DNA from: a virus
DNA: 64,000 bases
Direction: 5' to 3' (one strand)
IMG/VR virus record: IMGVR_UViG_3300046003_004989
Coordinates: 1 to 64,000 of that record
The notes below the pieces were generated by a model that saw only the letters and a list, made by a program, of their open reading frames with translations, ran no database searches and was not told where the DNA came from. Of the stretch, positions 35,324 to 43,992 are shown one piece after another; position 1 is the stretch's first letter; each line of letters opens with the position of its first letter. The position numbers and the translations under genes were made by a program.

Positions 35324-35602
35324 TTATTTTACTTCTTCAGTTGAATCTTTGTCCCATTCACCCTTTTTAACAAATCCATGAACTGCAAAGTTAGCACGAG
35401 GTTCACCAGTAGTTTTCACCAATTTATCAATTGCCATATCTTCAGCTTTAGTGTTTTTAACACCTTTAATGTATCGAGCCTTGTATTGCTTTTTGGTTTT
35501 AAAATCTCCAAGAATAAATCCATCATAGAATTTAGTCATATCTCCTTCATTAATTATAGATTCATTAATGAAGTCTTCGAATGTTGGTATGTGTTTATTC
35601 AT
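35324..35602 (-). CDS. leader-tagged putative internal head protein
   Basis: MNKHIPTFEDFINESIINE. Confidence 0.75.
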   Translation of the reverse strand: MNKHIPTFEDFINESIINEGDMTKFYDGFILGDFKTKKQYKARYIKGVKNTKAEDMAIDKLVKTTGEPRANFAVHGFVKKGEWDKDSTEEVK

Positions 35603-35603
35603 T

Positions 35604-36071
35604 TTAGTATACTCTTTTTAGGTTTATTGATTTTTTATGACGATGTCCCATCATTTCATTTGCTGCAAATGATTCAAATCCAAGTTCTTTAATTGCATCA
35701 AGGATTCCATTTTCTCTTGTTATCCACTCTTCTAATGCATTGAACATATCTTCCAATTCAGCTTTTGATGTTTCTTTTGTAATTCCTCTCATAGGCAAGT
35801 GTTTATCACAAACACCTTTCCATTGTTGAACTAGGCTATCGAAGTATTGTTGATGATATAGTGTATAAGCTGCTTGGAATTCTGGATTCAAAACAATAGA
35901 AACTTTATCTTCTTTGGTTTTAGCTTTTGTAGCAGGGAATCTCTTTCCTACCTCATAGCTTTTACTAACCAACCATTTATGTATGTCGGCTGCTTTAATT
36001 TTTGGATCGTCTAATGTTTTGTATTGAACTGATTCATTTACAAAATCTTCAAATGTTGGTATATTTTTCAT
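35604..36071 (-). CDS. leader-tagged putative internal head protein
   Basis: MKNIPTFEDFVNE. Confidence 0.75.
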   Translation of the reverse strand: MKNIPTFEDFVNESVQYKTLDDPKIKAADIHKWLVSKSYEVGKRFPATKAKTKEDKVSIVLNPEFQAAYTLYHQQYFDSLVQQWKGVCDKHLPMRGITKETSKAELEDMFNALEEWITRENGILDAIKELGFESFAANEMMGHRHKKSINLKRVY

Positions 36072-36748
36072 TACTTTAATAATTTTCTAATGTTTTCGAT
36101 AACTATTGATCGATGATTGATAACTGCCTGAGCTTCTTTAGGATGTCTTTGCATAAGTTTCATCGTTTCTCTTGCCCAATTTTCTATTTCACGAGTTAGC
36201 TCAAGAGTTTTTGGCCAAGTAGAATCGTTAACGACATCAAAATCTTGATTACCTTCTAGAGATTCAATTCCAGTTTCTACGCTTTTATCGATGTTCGACC
36301 AATATCCACCTCCTTTAGAACTTATGATAGTTCCAACTGGTACTTTTACTTTTCTAGTTCCTCTGATATTTTTAACTTCGGTGTCTTTATTAGCAATATA
36401 AACATTCCAATATTCTCCACCAACTGATAAAAATCTAGATTCATTCATAGCCGATTCAGTAAGATTACCTCCACTGTCAATTCCAGCACTATGCCAATAA
36501 TCGCCTTTACCATTATAAGTTTTAGTAAATGCTACATATTCTTTTGTTTTAGGATTCCAAAAGTGACTTTCACCATTAGAGGCTGCCATCATTTTCAAAA
36601 TACCGCTTTTAGCATCTTTTATGAGTTTTAATTGAACTGCTCTAGTTAGAGGCTCTCTGACAGTTAATTTATCCGTAGATGCTGCAGAGAGAGCTTCATT
36701 GAGAACAGGCTCATTAACAAAGTCTTCAAATTGTGGTATATTTTTCAT
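36071..36748 (-). CDS. leader-tagged putative internal head protein
   Basis: MKNIPQFEDFVNEPVLNE; internal LTESAMNE. Confidence 0.75.
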   Translation of the reverse strand: MKNIPQFEDFVNEPVLNEALSAASTDKLTVREPLTRAVQLKLIKDAKSGILKMMAASNGESHFWNPKTKEYVAFTKTYNGKGDYWHSAGIDSGGNLTESAMNESRFLSVGGEYWNVYIANKDTEVKNIRGTRKVKVPVGTIISSKGGGYWSNIDKSVETGIESLEGNQDFDVVNDSTWPKTLELTREIENWARETMKLMQRHPKEAQAVINHRSIVIENIRKLLK

Positions 36749-36754
36749 AATTGA

Positions 36755-37621
36755 TTAGTTGCTCCAACTAGCTGCTACGCTTAATCGAAGATTATATTTT
36801 TTTGCGAATTTTTCTAATTGGTCCATGATTCTTCCTTGGAAAGTTGAGAATTTGCTATACTCTTTAGAAGATGTAGTATTTCCTCCATATTCATTTTCAT
36901 GACGATACTCTCTAGGTTCATCAATTCTCATACGAACTTCTCGATTTTTCAAATCTAAATAAGGAGATCTTACTTCAATTCTTAATTTACTAGCATAAGT
37001 TCTCATTTCATTGTATAGAGGATCTATCTTAGCAGAAAGTTTTCTGAAGTCGTCTTCAATACGCTTTCTATCATTAGCGAGTTTTTGAGCTTGTCTAGGA
37101 TTGAAATATGCACCCATTTTCTTTTCATATTCATCGAAAATATGTACAATATCTTGTAAAACTCCAGTATGATTAGAGATTGATTTGTAACCTCCATAAA
37201 CTACATTTCCAGTTTTAAGAATATCACCATCTGTGTCTCTTATACCGTCGAAATAATGACCGAATGAATATTGAGGCTTACTCGTTGAATTACCTGAAGA
37301 GTATTGGAAAGGTCCGTCTGCATAAGTAGATCTACTCATACCTTTCACAGCAATAACTACTACGAGATTTCCACCATAATTCCATTCAGAACGATAAACA
37401 TATACGTCTAGTGGAACTTTGAGATTTTTGCTTAGATATTTAACAGCTTCAATTCCTTTACCGAAGTTAGTATTAGTTTCGTTACCTTCAGGAGTTCCTT
37501 TAATAGCTTTTAAGAAATTAGCTGGAGACATCGGCTCCATTGAATTGAAAAGAGGTTTTTTGTCTTTAGTATAGAGCATATCTTCATTAATAAAGTCCTC
37601 AAATATTGGAATGTTTATCAT
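36755..37621 (-). CDS. leader-tagged putative internal head protein
   Basis: MINIPIFEDFINE. Confidence 0.75.
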   Translation of the reverse strand: MINIPIFEDFINEDMLYTKDKKPLFNSMEPMSPANFLKAIKGTPEGNETNTNFGKGIEAVKYLSKNLKVPLDVYVYRSEWNYGGNLVVVIAVKGMSRSTYADGPFQYSSGNSTSKPQYSFGHYFDGIRDTDGDILKTGNVVYGGYKSISNHTGVLQDIVHIFDEYEKKMGAYFNPRQAQKLANDRKRIEDDFRKLSAKIDPLYNEMRTYASKLRIEVRSPYLDLKNREVRMRIDEPREYRHENEYGGNTTSSKEYSKFSTFQGRIMDQLEKFAKKYNLRLSVAASWSN

Positions 37622-37658
37622 TATCTTCTTTTACTTTAGTTATTTATTCGAGATCAAA

Positions 37659-38417
37659 TTAGTCCCAAACTTCGGTGTATGTTCCACCAACAATCATAAC
37701 TCCTTGTTTCCAATCGAAATCAACTCTATCTTTTCTAAAGAAAAAATGATTTTTGATTATTTCTTCGGTTTGTTCTTCAGTCTTACCAAAAGCTACATTA
37801 AGATCTTTAATTACATAAGCTTTATCGTAAGATTTTGTGATATGAGTTGATGCTTGACTTCCATAACCCTGATCTCTTGTATTGATCGTTTTATAGTCGG
37901 CTTTTGATGATTTCCAGAATTGTATGATTCTATTAATCATATCATCATTAAGGGGTTGTTTCTGTGAGAATTTGATCCAATCTTTTACTTGCTTTGCGAT
38001 ATTAGCTTTCTTCGGATTTGATAGATCGAAAGCACGATAATTGTTAATGTAATCGTTTCCTGATACGCCAATTCCACCTCTAGGTTCTCTAGGCTGCTTA
38101 TCAGAAATTACTTCGGTGATCGTGATTGAAGCTTTTATCCACATATTACCAACATTACAGTTTTGTAAAATTTTTGCACGTTTAGCATCTATCCAAGACC
38201 AATCGTTAGTCTCATATTTATTAGATATGTGAATATGTCCGTTACCGTAGTCATAATACTTATCTTCTTTTCCACCTCTTTGATATGCTACATCTTTAAA
38301 GTTAGAAGTTAGTGCAGTTTGTAATTGTCTATCTAGAGCAGCATCTAGAGGATTGATTGTTCCTTCATTTAGAGTTGATTCATTAATGAAGTCTTCGAAT
38401 TGTGGGATATTTTTCAT
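37659..38417 (-). CDS. leader-tagged putative internal head protein
   Basis: MKNIPQFEDFINESTLNE. Confidence 0.75.
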   Translation of the reverse strand: MKNIPQFEDFINESTLNEGTINPLDAALDRQLQTALTSNFKDVAYQRGGKEDKYYDYGNGHIHISNKYETNDWSWIDAKRAKILQNCNVGNMWIKASITITEVISDKQPREPRGGIGVSGNDYINNYRAFDLSNPKKANIAKQVKDWIKFSQKQPLNDDMINRIIQFWKSSKADYKTINTRDQGYGSQASTHITKSYDKAYVIKDLNVAFGKTEEQTEEIIKNHFFFRKDRVDFDWKQGVMIVGGTYTEVWD

Positions 38418-38818
38418 TATTTGTAATTTTTATTTAAGTACCAATCAATATCAGCCTTATCATAACCTAAAAGCTCACCGATTTTTTTGCTTTCCTGTTT
38501 AGTAGCCTCATATGATAGAAACCCACCATATTTATTAGCAATCTTTGCTAATTCTTTGGCTTTTTTCTCGGCACCTTTATTAAAATAAATATAAGCTTCG
38601 TATGGATTTTCAGGTAATTTGATTGTTCCTAAATTATTAGTCTTAATTAAATTCCAAAATTCATCTTTATTTATATCGACCGAAGTTTTGATAGTAATAA
38701 ATCCCACATCTCGCTTTCCGTCGATAACAGTTTGTATACCACTTTTATCTCGGTGAGCTTCTTCCGCTTTGATACTTTCAGATACGAATTCGTCGAATGT
38801 AGGAATGTGTATGTTCAT
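38417..38818 (-). CDS. leader-tagged putative internal head protein
   Basis: MNIHIPTFDEFVSE. Confidence 0.75.
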   Translation of the reverse strand: MNIHIPTFDEFVSESIKAEEAHRDKSGIQTVIDGKRDVGFITIKTSVDINKDEFWNLIKTNNLGTIKLPENPYEAYIYFNKGAEKKAKELAKIANKYGGFLSYEATKQESKKIGELLGYDKADIDWYLNKNYK

Positions 38819-38827
38819 TTCACCTTT

Positions 38828-39517
38828 TTATATTTTTCCAGCTTTTACTCTATCTCTAGAAACACTGTTGATGTATTTTAGCTCATCTGCAGTCAATTTA
38901 GGAGAGATTAATTTTTTCCATTGTCCTTCTTGTTTAGCTTTAGGTAACTGCAAAAATTCAATAACGTCTTGATCGTTTTTTAGCTTATCAAGTATTGATT
39001 GAACTGCTTTATCTCTCTTATGTTCTCTCCACCAATCTTTTAAATCTTCAATTGGATGGAAGTCTACTCTATTTGCTAACATTGCAATTTGACCACCTAC
39101 TGCAGCTGCTTGTAGCATTAGTATCACTGTCATTGCGTCTTCATTAATAGGTTCAACTGATTCTCTAACGATATCGAAAAATTTCTTACGATCTGCAGGC
39201 CAAAATTGTTTTTGTCCTGGAATCTCGTCTAAGCATCTAAATGACATAGGCATAGAAGATCCTAAATCATTTTCATGTTCATCTTGATATGAAGTTACCC
39301 ATTTTCTAACTTTGTCATTTGCGTCTTTAACGACTACTCTAACAGCAAAACCTTTTGGGTGAGATTTTAACATTTGATAATCTATTGCATCAATTTTTAA
39401 TTCTCTTTCTAGGTCATCAATGAATTTAGCTGCAACTTTATTAGCTTTATCAGCAGCTGAGGCTTCGTTAAGAATAGATTCATTAACGAATTCTTCGAAT
39501 TGGGGAATATTTTTCAT
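38828..39517 (-). CDS. leader-tagged putative internal head protein
   Basis: MKNIPQFEEFVNESILNE; internal IVRESVEPINE. Confidence 0.75.
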   Translation of the reverse strand: MKNIPQFEEFVNESILNEASAADKANKVAAKFIDDLERELKIDAIDYQMLKSHPKGFAVRVVVKDANDKVRKWVTSYQDEHENDLGSSMPMSFRCLDEIPGQKQFWPADRKKFFDIVRESVEPINEDAMTVILMLQAAAVGGQIAMLANRVDFHPIEDLKDWWREHKRDKAVQSILDKLKNDQDVIEFLQLPKAKQEGQWKKLISPKLTADELKYINSVSRDRVKAGKI

Positions 39518-39777
39518 TTATGTTTAATGATTTTTATTTGTAAGTCTTTAGTCCCTTTGATTACTCGATGCATAGCACCTTTAGGGATGAATATCTCTTT
39601 ATTGAGCGATATAGGCAATTCATTATCGAATTGGAATTGCCAATCCGTTTTCTTAATTGCTTTTATCGTTCTGTCTTCTTCGTCCCAATGCCATTTTAAC
39701 TCCTCTTCTTCTGTTGATTGAAGGAAAGTTCGAATGTATGTGCATTCGTCTGATTGATATTCACAGTATGCTTTCAT
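39514..39777 (-). CDS. cupin-like small protein (no leader)
   Basis: 'KWHWDEEDR...FIPKGAMHRVIKG'. Confidence 0.7.
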   Translation of the reverse strand: MKAYCEYQSDECTYIRTFLQSTEEEELKWHWDEEDRTIKAIKKTDWQFQFDNELPISLNKEIFIPKGAMHRVIKGTKDLQIKIIKHK

Positions 39778-39778
39778 A

Positions 39779-40324
39779 TTACCAAGGTAGATCGGACTGA
39801 AGTCCTAATTGTTTATTGAAGAGTGAAGGTGCATAGCAAGACCAAAACTTTGCAGTTAGCGGATCTTGTGATTTTTTTAAGTCACATTGTTGTCTTGCCC
39901 AGTAAGAAGCTGCTGCTCCTGGATTGTCGTTTTTAATAACCATCTTAGGTTGACCCCAACCGATTTCAACGGCAATAATATTTCCGTCGTCGTCTTTCTT
40001 ACCACTATCATGATAGACTTTAAATTTTCTTTCTCCACCTCTAGTAGGTTCATCGAGTTTTACATCGATCCATTTACCATCAGCGGTTTCAAATTTCGCC
40101 TTTTCTCCGACTTTAAGATTCTTAGACATCCAAGCTTCTTTATCATTGAGAATAACGTTACCCTTATCCCACCATTCTTTAGTTTCTTCGAATAGTTTTT
40201 GATATGCTTCTGATCCAATACGGAATACAGATTCTGTAATGCCTAATCCACGATCTAAGTGATAAAGGAATGCTTCTGATGCATTCTCTCTCAAGTATTG
40301 ATCGAATTCTGGTATATTTTTCAT
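39779..40324 (-). CDS. leader-tagged putative internal protein with conserved Cys-containing C-terminal domain
   Basis: MKNIPEFDQYLRE; 'KFKVY...SYWARQQC...KFWSC...PW'. Confidence 0.75.
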   Translation of the reverse strand: MKNIPEFDQYLRENASEAFLYHLDRGLGITESVFRIGSEAYQKLFEETKEWWDKGNVILNDKEAWMSKNLKVGEKAKFETADGKWIDVKLDEPTRGGERKFKVYHDSGKKDDDGNIIAVEIGWGQPKMVIKNDNPGAAASYWARQQCDLKKSQDPLTAKFWSCYAPSLFNKQLGLQSDLPW

Positions 40325-40325
40325 T

Positions 40326-40847
40326 TTACTTTTCTGATTTTTCTATATGTTGATCAGCTTTCTTTTTATCGCTTGCTGATAATTCATTGTAAAGTTTTTG
40401 TACAAATACATCATGATTTTTACCGCTATCGTAAGCTCTTGGATCGTCTGCATACATATAGTATTTATCAGACATCTCGTAATGACGTAACCATTTATCG
40501 AAAGGTTTGTACATTTTATCTTCTATTTGCTTACGGATTTGAGAATCTTGCATTTTCTTTTTATTCAAATACCATTCCCAAGAACCTCTAAACTGTCCTG
40601 TCTTAAAAGCGTGAATTATATCACCATCTTTTAATTTGATTTCGAATTTAATGCCTTTCGCATCATCACTAACGTCTTCGATAGATTTGATTTGCTTTTC
40701 AGCTTCTTCCCATTTAACAGGAATCAAATGCTTAACTGAAATAGTAACATCCATCTTAAGGTCTTCGGGAGTTCCCCAACCTTTTTTGAAGTCTGAGTAA
40801 GTTTGATACTCATTTACGAATGATTCGAATGTAGGTATATTTTTCAT
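40326..40847 (-). CDS. leader-tagged putative internal head protein
   Basis: MKNIPTFESFVNE. Confidence 0.75.
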   Translation of the reverse strand: MKNIPTFESFVNEYQTYSDFKKGWGTPEDLKMDVTISVKHLIPVKWEEAEKQIKSIEDVSDDAKGIKFEIKLKDGDIIHAFKTGQFRGSWEWYLNKKKMQDSQIRKQIEDKMYKPFDKWLRHYEMSDKYYMYADDPRAYDSGKNHDVFVQKLYNELSASDKKKADQHIEKSEK

Positions 40848-40899
40848 ATTGTATGTTTATTTAGCAAATATAATCATTTTCTGATTAACAGAAAAACTT

Positions 40900-41337
40900 T
40901 TAGCTACATGTTTTTCTAATAGTTTCAACTTGTGAACCACTAAAGCCCATTTCTCTTAGAGCTTTTTCGCATTCAAGACCAACGTTGATTCTATCTTTTT
41001 CAACTGGTAAACCTCTAGAATAACCAACTGATTCTGAATATCCGTAATTTGAGATGAAAGCTTTACATCTTCTGATCATTTTAATTGGATCTTTGATAGC
41101 TTTTAATTGTGCTCTTGTCTTACCTGCATAAGGAGCTCTATTACCATAGAAAGAACTACCCATCCATTGCAAATCTTCTGCACGGTCTAGGTCTTTTTTA
41201 TCTGGCATGATTTTTGATATCTCTTCATCTGTCATAGATGATGGAATGACTGCTGATTCGTTGATAGCGTCATCTTGGTCAATAGATTCATTGATAGCGC
41301 TTCTATTCAAGAATTCGTCAAATGTAGTTAATTTCAT
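40900..41337 (-). CDS. leader-tagged putative internal head protein
   Basis: MKLTTFDEFLNRSAINESIDQDDAINES (duplicated AINES). Confidence 0.72.
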   Translation of the reverse strand: MKLTTFDEFLNRSAINESIDQDDAINESAVIPSSMTDEEISKIMPDKKDLDRAEDLQWMGSSFYGNRAPYAGKTRAQLKAIKDPIKMIRRCKAFISNYGYSESVGYSRGLPVEKDRINVGLECEKALREMGFSGSQVETIRKTCS

Positions 41338-41348
41338 TTCTTTATATT

Positions 41349-41645
41349 TTATTTTTCTATAACGTCTATTACGGAATCTTCAGATCCTTCGTAGTCTACA
41401 TCGAAACCTGATGAATCTGCTAGATCAATAAACTGATCAAACTCTCTCCTAGGAAGAGAGTAATATGAATCTCCTTTAATATCTTCAAAATCTAAATTAC
41501 GAGCAAACTTATCATTTAAGATTTGATCTAATTTATCATCATCTACACTAAATAAAACAACATCACTGTGTTTATATGTAGTTTTCATTCTCGCTTCATT
41601 AACAGATTCATTTACGAACTCATCAAAAGTTGGTATGTAATTCAT
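41349..41645 (-). CDS. leader-tagged putative internal head protein
   Basis: MNYIPTFDEFVNESVNE. Confidence 0.75.
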   Translation of the reverse strand: MNYIPTFDEFVNESVNEARMKTTYKHSDVVLFSVDDDKLDQILNDKFARNLDFEDIKGDSYYSLPRREFDQFIDLADSSGFDVDYEGSEDSVIDVIEK

Positions 41646-41659
41646 TTTTATGTTTGATT

Positions 41660-42109
41660 TTATTTTGCAGAATATGCTATATGTTTAAAGAATCTTTGTT
41701 GTACAAAACTTTGTATGCTAGATATTGCAAACATCGATGTAAAATTACCTTTAAATTTTTGTTTGTTTATATCCAATGAGCATGTAAGATAACCTTTAAC
41801 TACGTTACCTTCAGTTATCATTACCAGTGCCTGATCAGAAGATATCGATATTTGTCCGATATTCCACTTATTTTTATTGTCTTTGATTTTTTTCCAAAGT
41901 TCGTTCATTGGATTTTGGACTTGAACGTCAATTGAACCGGAAACAAAATTATAACTCATATTATTTGTTGCAGATTGAACCTCTTCAGCTGCATCTAAAA
42001 TAACTTCCCAAATCATTTGAGCAGTTTCTTCAGTTAATCTAACGTCTTTTATTGCTTCATTTATCGTAGATTCATTTATGAATTCTTCAAAACTCGGTAT
42101 GTAATTCAT
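41660..42109 (-). CDS. leader-tagged putative internal head protein
   Basis: Start moved to ATG 42109: MNYIPSFEEFINESTINE. Confidence 0.75.
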   Translation of the reverse strand: MNYIPSFEEFINESTINEAIKDVRLTEETAQMIWEVILDAAEEVQSATNNMSYNFVSGSIDVQVQNPMNELWKKIKDNKNKWNIGQISISSDQALVMITEGNVVKGYLTCSLDINKQKFKGNFTSMFAISSIQSFVQQRFFKHIAYSAK

Positions 42110-42210
42110 TTCTTTCTTTTTATTTTTATATCCTCTAAAAGGATTGTGATTGCAAATATTGCCAATATAGTGAATAATACTATTGGTGGACAAGTTGGGT
42201 CCTGTGACAT
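42106..42210 (-). CDS. 34-aa single-TM peptide
   Basis: MSQDPTCPPIVLFTILAIFAITILLEDIKIKRKK; ATGA overlap with the next gene; missed by ORF track. Confidence 0.5.
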   Translation of the reverse strand: MSQDPTCPPIVLFTILAIFAITILLEDIKIKRKK

Positions 42211-42222
42211 TTTTCTATCTAC

Positions 42223-43518
42223 TTATTTTTTATAAGCAAGGATAGATCGGATTTGATGCAATGGTGCAAAAATTCCAGTGTACTTGTAAAGTTTACCTTT
42301 GAATAAGAATGTAATACCTTCAGTCGGTACAATTGATTCTAATCCACCAGCAGCAGAAACACGAGTTAGCTCATGTTCCATCTTTTCTACATCAACTTCA
42401 TCTCCATTTGTACGGATCTTAGAAATTGTAGAATCGATTTCTTTACGCATATCTTCAGCGGCTTTAGTAGGATTTGCAGAAAGGAAAGATGAAATATTTT
42501 TCATCATTTCTGTTCCAATTTCGAGGAAGATAGATTCAAGTGGTGCATATACTGCACGTTTCCATTTCTTAGCCATTTTCTTTTCAAGATCAGTGAACCA
42601 AGTAGCATTATCACCTAAGTCTTTCTTAATCATAGGAACTGAGTAAGACTTATCGATATCTGCTATTCTTCTAGCAAGACCATCAAGAGATTGTTCAGGA
42701 AGTGTGATTTTTGCTGAAGCAGCTTCAGCTTTAATGATATTCTTACCCATACCTAGTGCATAATCACCTACAGTAGAATTCTGAGAACAACCACTTTCTT
42801 TCATGATTGATGCCAATTTAGATTTGTAGTATGATGCTCTAGCTTTTGTATTAGGGAGTGGTTTTGATGCGATGTCTTGAGGACCTCTAACAAAGAATGT
42901 TTCTTGTGCTGCTGCATTTGCATCTGCAACTATTTTACCGAGATCTCTACCAGCTTGTTTATCTTCATCAATTACTTTTCCTGCTTCGTCATATTCGAGT
43001 ACTCCATGGAATACTAACATATTAAGTCCGTAAGGAACAGTGTTTTGAGTTACAGGTGTAATGATTTCAATAGATGCGAATTTCTTACCTTCTGCGAAGT
43101 ATTTTTCTTTGTCTTTAGGTGAAAGTGCTCCGATTGAAGCAGTTAGATCTTTCATTGCTGCATTATAAACAATTTCTATATCACCTCTACCAGCGAAAAG
43201 ATCTGCAACACCTTGAATTGTCATTGCATTTTCACCAGCATTCTTTAAATGAGAACCGTTTCTAGCAGCTATTAAAGCACCATTTTTCCAAGAGATGGAA
43301 AGTTGTTGACCGTCAGTTTTTTCTTGTACGAAGTTTTCAGGACCGAAAGCTCCATTAACTGTAGTCATTAGCATTTCTTCCAAATCCAAAAAGGTCAACC
43401 CAATATCCTCGAAAGGATGTGTGAGATGACCGTAAGCACCACCTTCATTTAAAGGTTCTACTTTAATGGATTCATTAAGATATGCTACAAATTCTGTAAA
43501 TTTGAGTAATTTTCGCAT
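42223..43518 (-). CDS. leader-tagged protein with ligase-like KxDG motif
   Basis: MRKLLKFTEFVAYLNE...LNE-GGAYGHLTHPFED; 'QEKTDGQQL', 'EGITF', 'YKYTG.FAP'. Confidence 0.75.
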   Translation of the reverse strand: MRKLLKFTEFVAYLNESIKVEPLNEGGAYGHLTHPFEDIGLTFLDLEEMLMTTVNGAFGPENFVQEKTDGQQLSISWKNGALIAARNGSHLKNAGENAMTIQGVADLFAGRGDIEIVYNAAMKDLTASIGALSPKDKEKYFAEGKKFASIEIITPVTQNTVPYGLNMLVFHGVLEYDEAGKVIDEDKQAGRDLGKIVADANAAAQETFFVRGPQDIASKPLPNTKARASYYKSKLASIMKESGCSQNSTVGDYALGMGKNIIKAEAASAKITLPEQSLDGLARRIADIDKSYSVPMIKKDLGDNATWFTDLEKKMAKKWKRAVYAPLESIFLEIGTEMMKNISSFLSANPTKAAEDMRKEIDSTISKIRTNGDEVDVEKMEHELTRVSAAGGLESIVPTEGITFLFKGKLYKYTGIFAPLHQIRSILAYKK

Positions 43519-43574
43519 TGATTGTGAGTCTTTTATTTCATTTTATATATCTTCGAAGAAGACATAAGACTCAC

Positions 43575-43805
43575 CTAGTCCTTTTTAGCTTTCTTTGCAG
43601 CCTTTTCTTCGGCTTTCAAAGCAGCTTTTTCTTCAGCGATACGTTTAGCTTCTTCTTTACCGAAGTCTCTTACGTTAGTTTTCCATTCAGATTTCGGACA
43701 AAATGTCCAACCTTGGTAAGCAACAGCGTGATCTGCTACTTTATCTTCTGATCTACGGTATTCAACCTCATTAGTTTTCGGGTTGATTTTCTTTAATGTC
43801 TTCAT
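43575..43805 (-). CDS. small basic hypothetical protein
   Basis: 'GWTFCPKSEWK'; ends in TAG. Confidence 0.65.
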   Translation of the reverse strand: MKTLKKINPKTNEVEYRRSEDKVADHAVAYQGWTFCPKSEWKTNVRDFGKEEAKRIAEEKAALKAEEKAAKKAKKD

Positions 43806-43992
43806 ATTTGATGTATTTTTTGATTTCTATTTTAACTTGATTGTTTGTTTTTCGATCAATCAGAACGAGTAGAATTACATCATCTTTGGAGTCATCATGA
43901 GAATAAACTTCCCACTCAGGGGAAGTTATCTCTTTATCATTGATCCAAGAAGCAACCGTAATGTCTTCTCTTCTATTCAATTTTAGTTGCAT
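43771..43992 (-). CDS. hypothetical protein
   Basis: ORF track. Confidence 0.6.
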   Translation of the reverse strand: MQLKLNRREDITVASWINDKEITSPEWEVYSHDDSKDDVILLVLIDRKTNNQVKIEIKKYIKYEDIKENQPEN

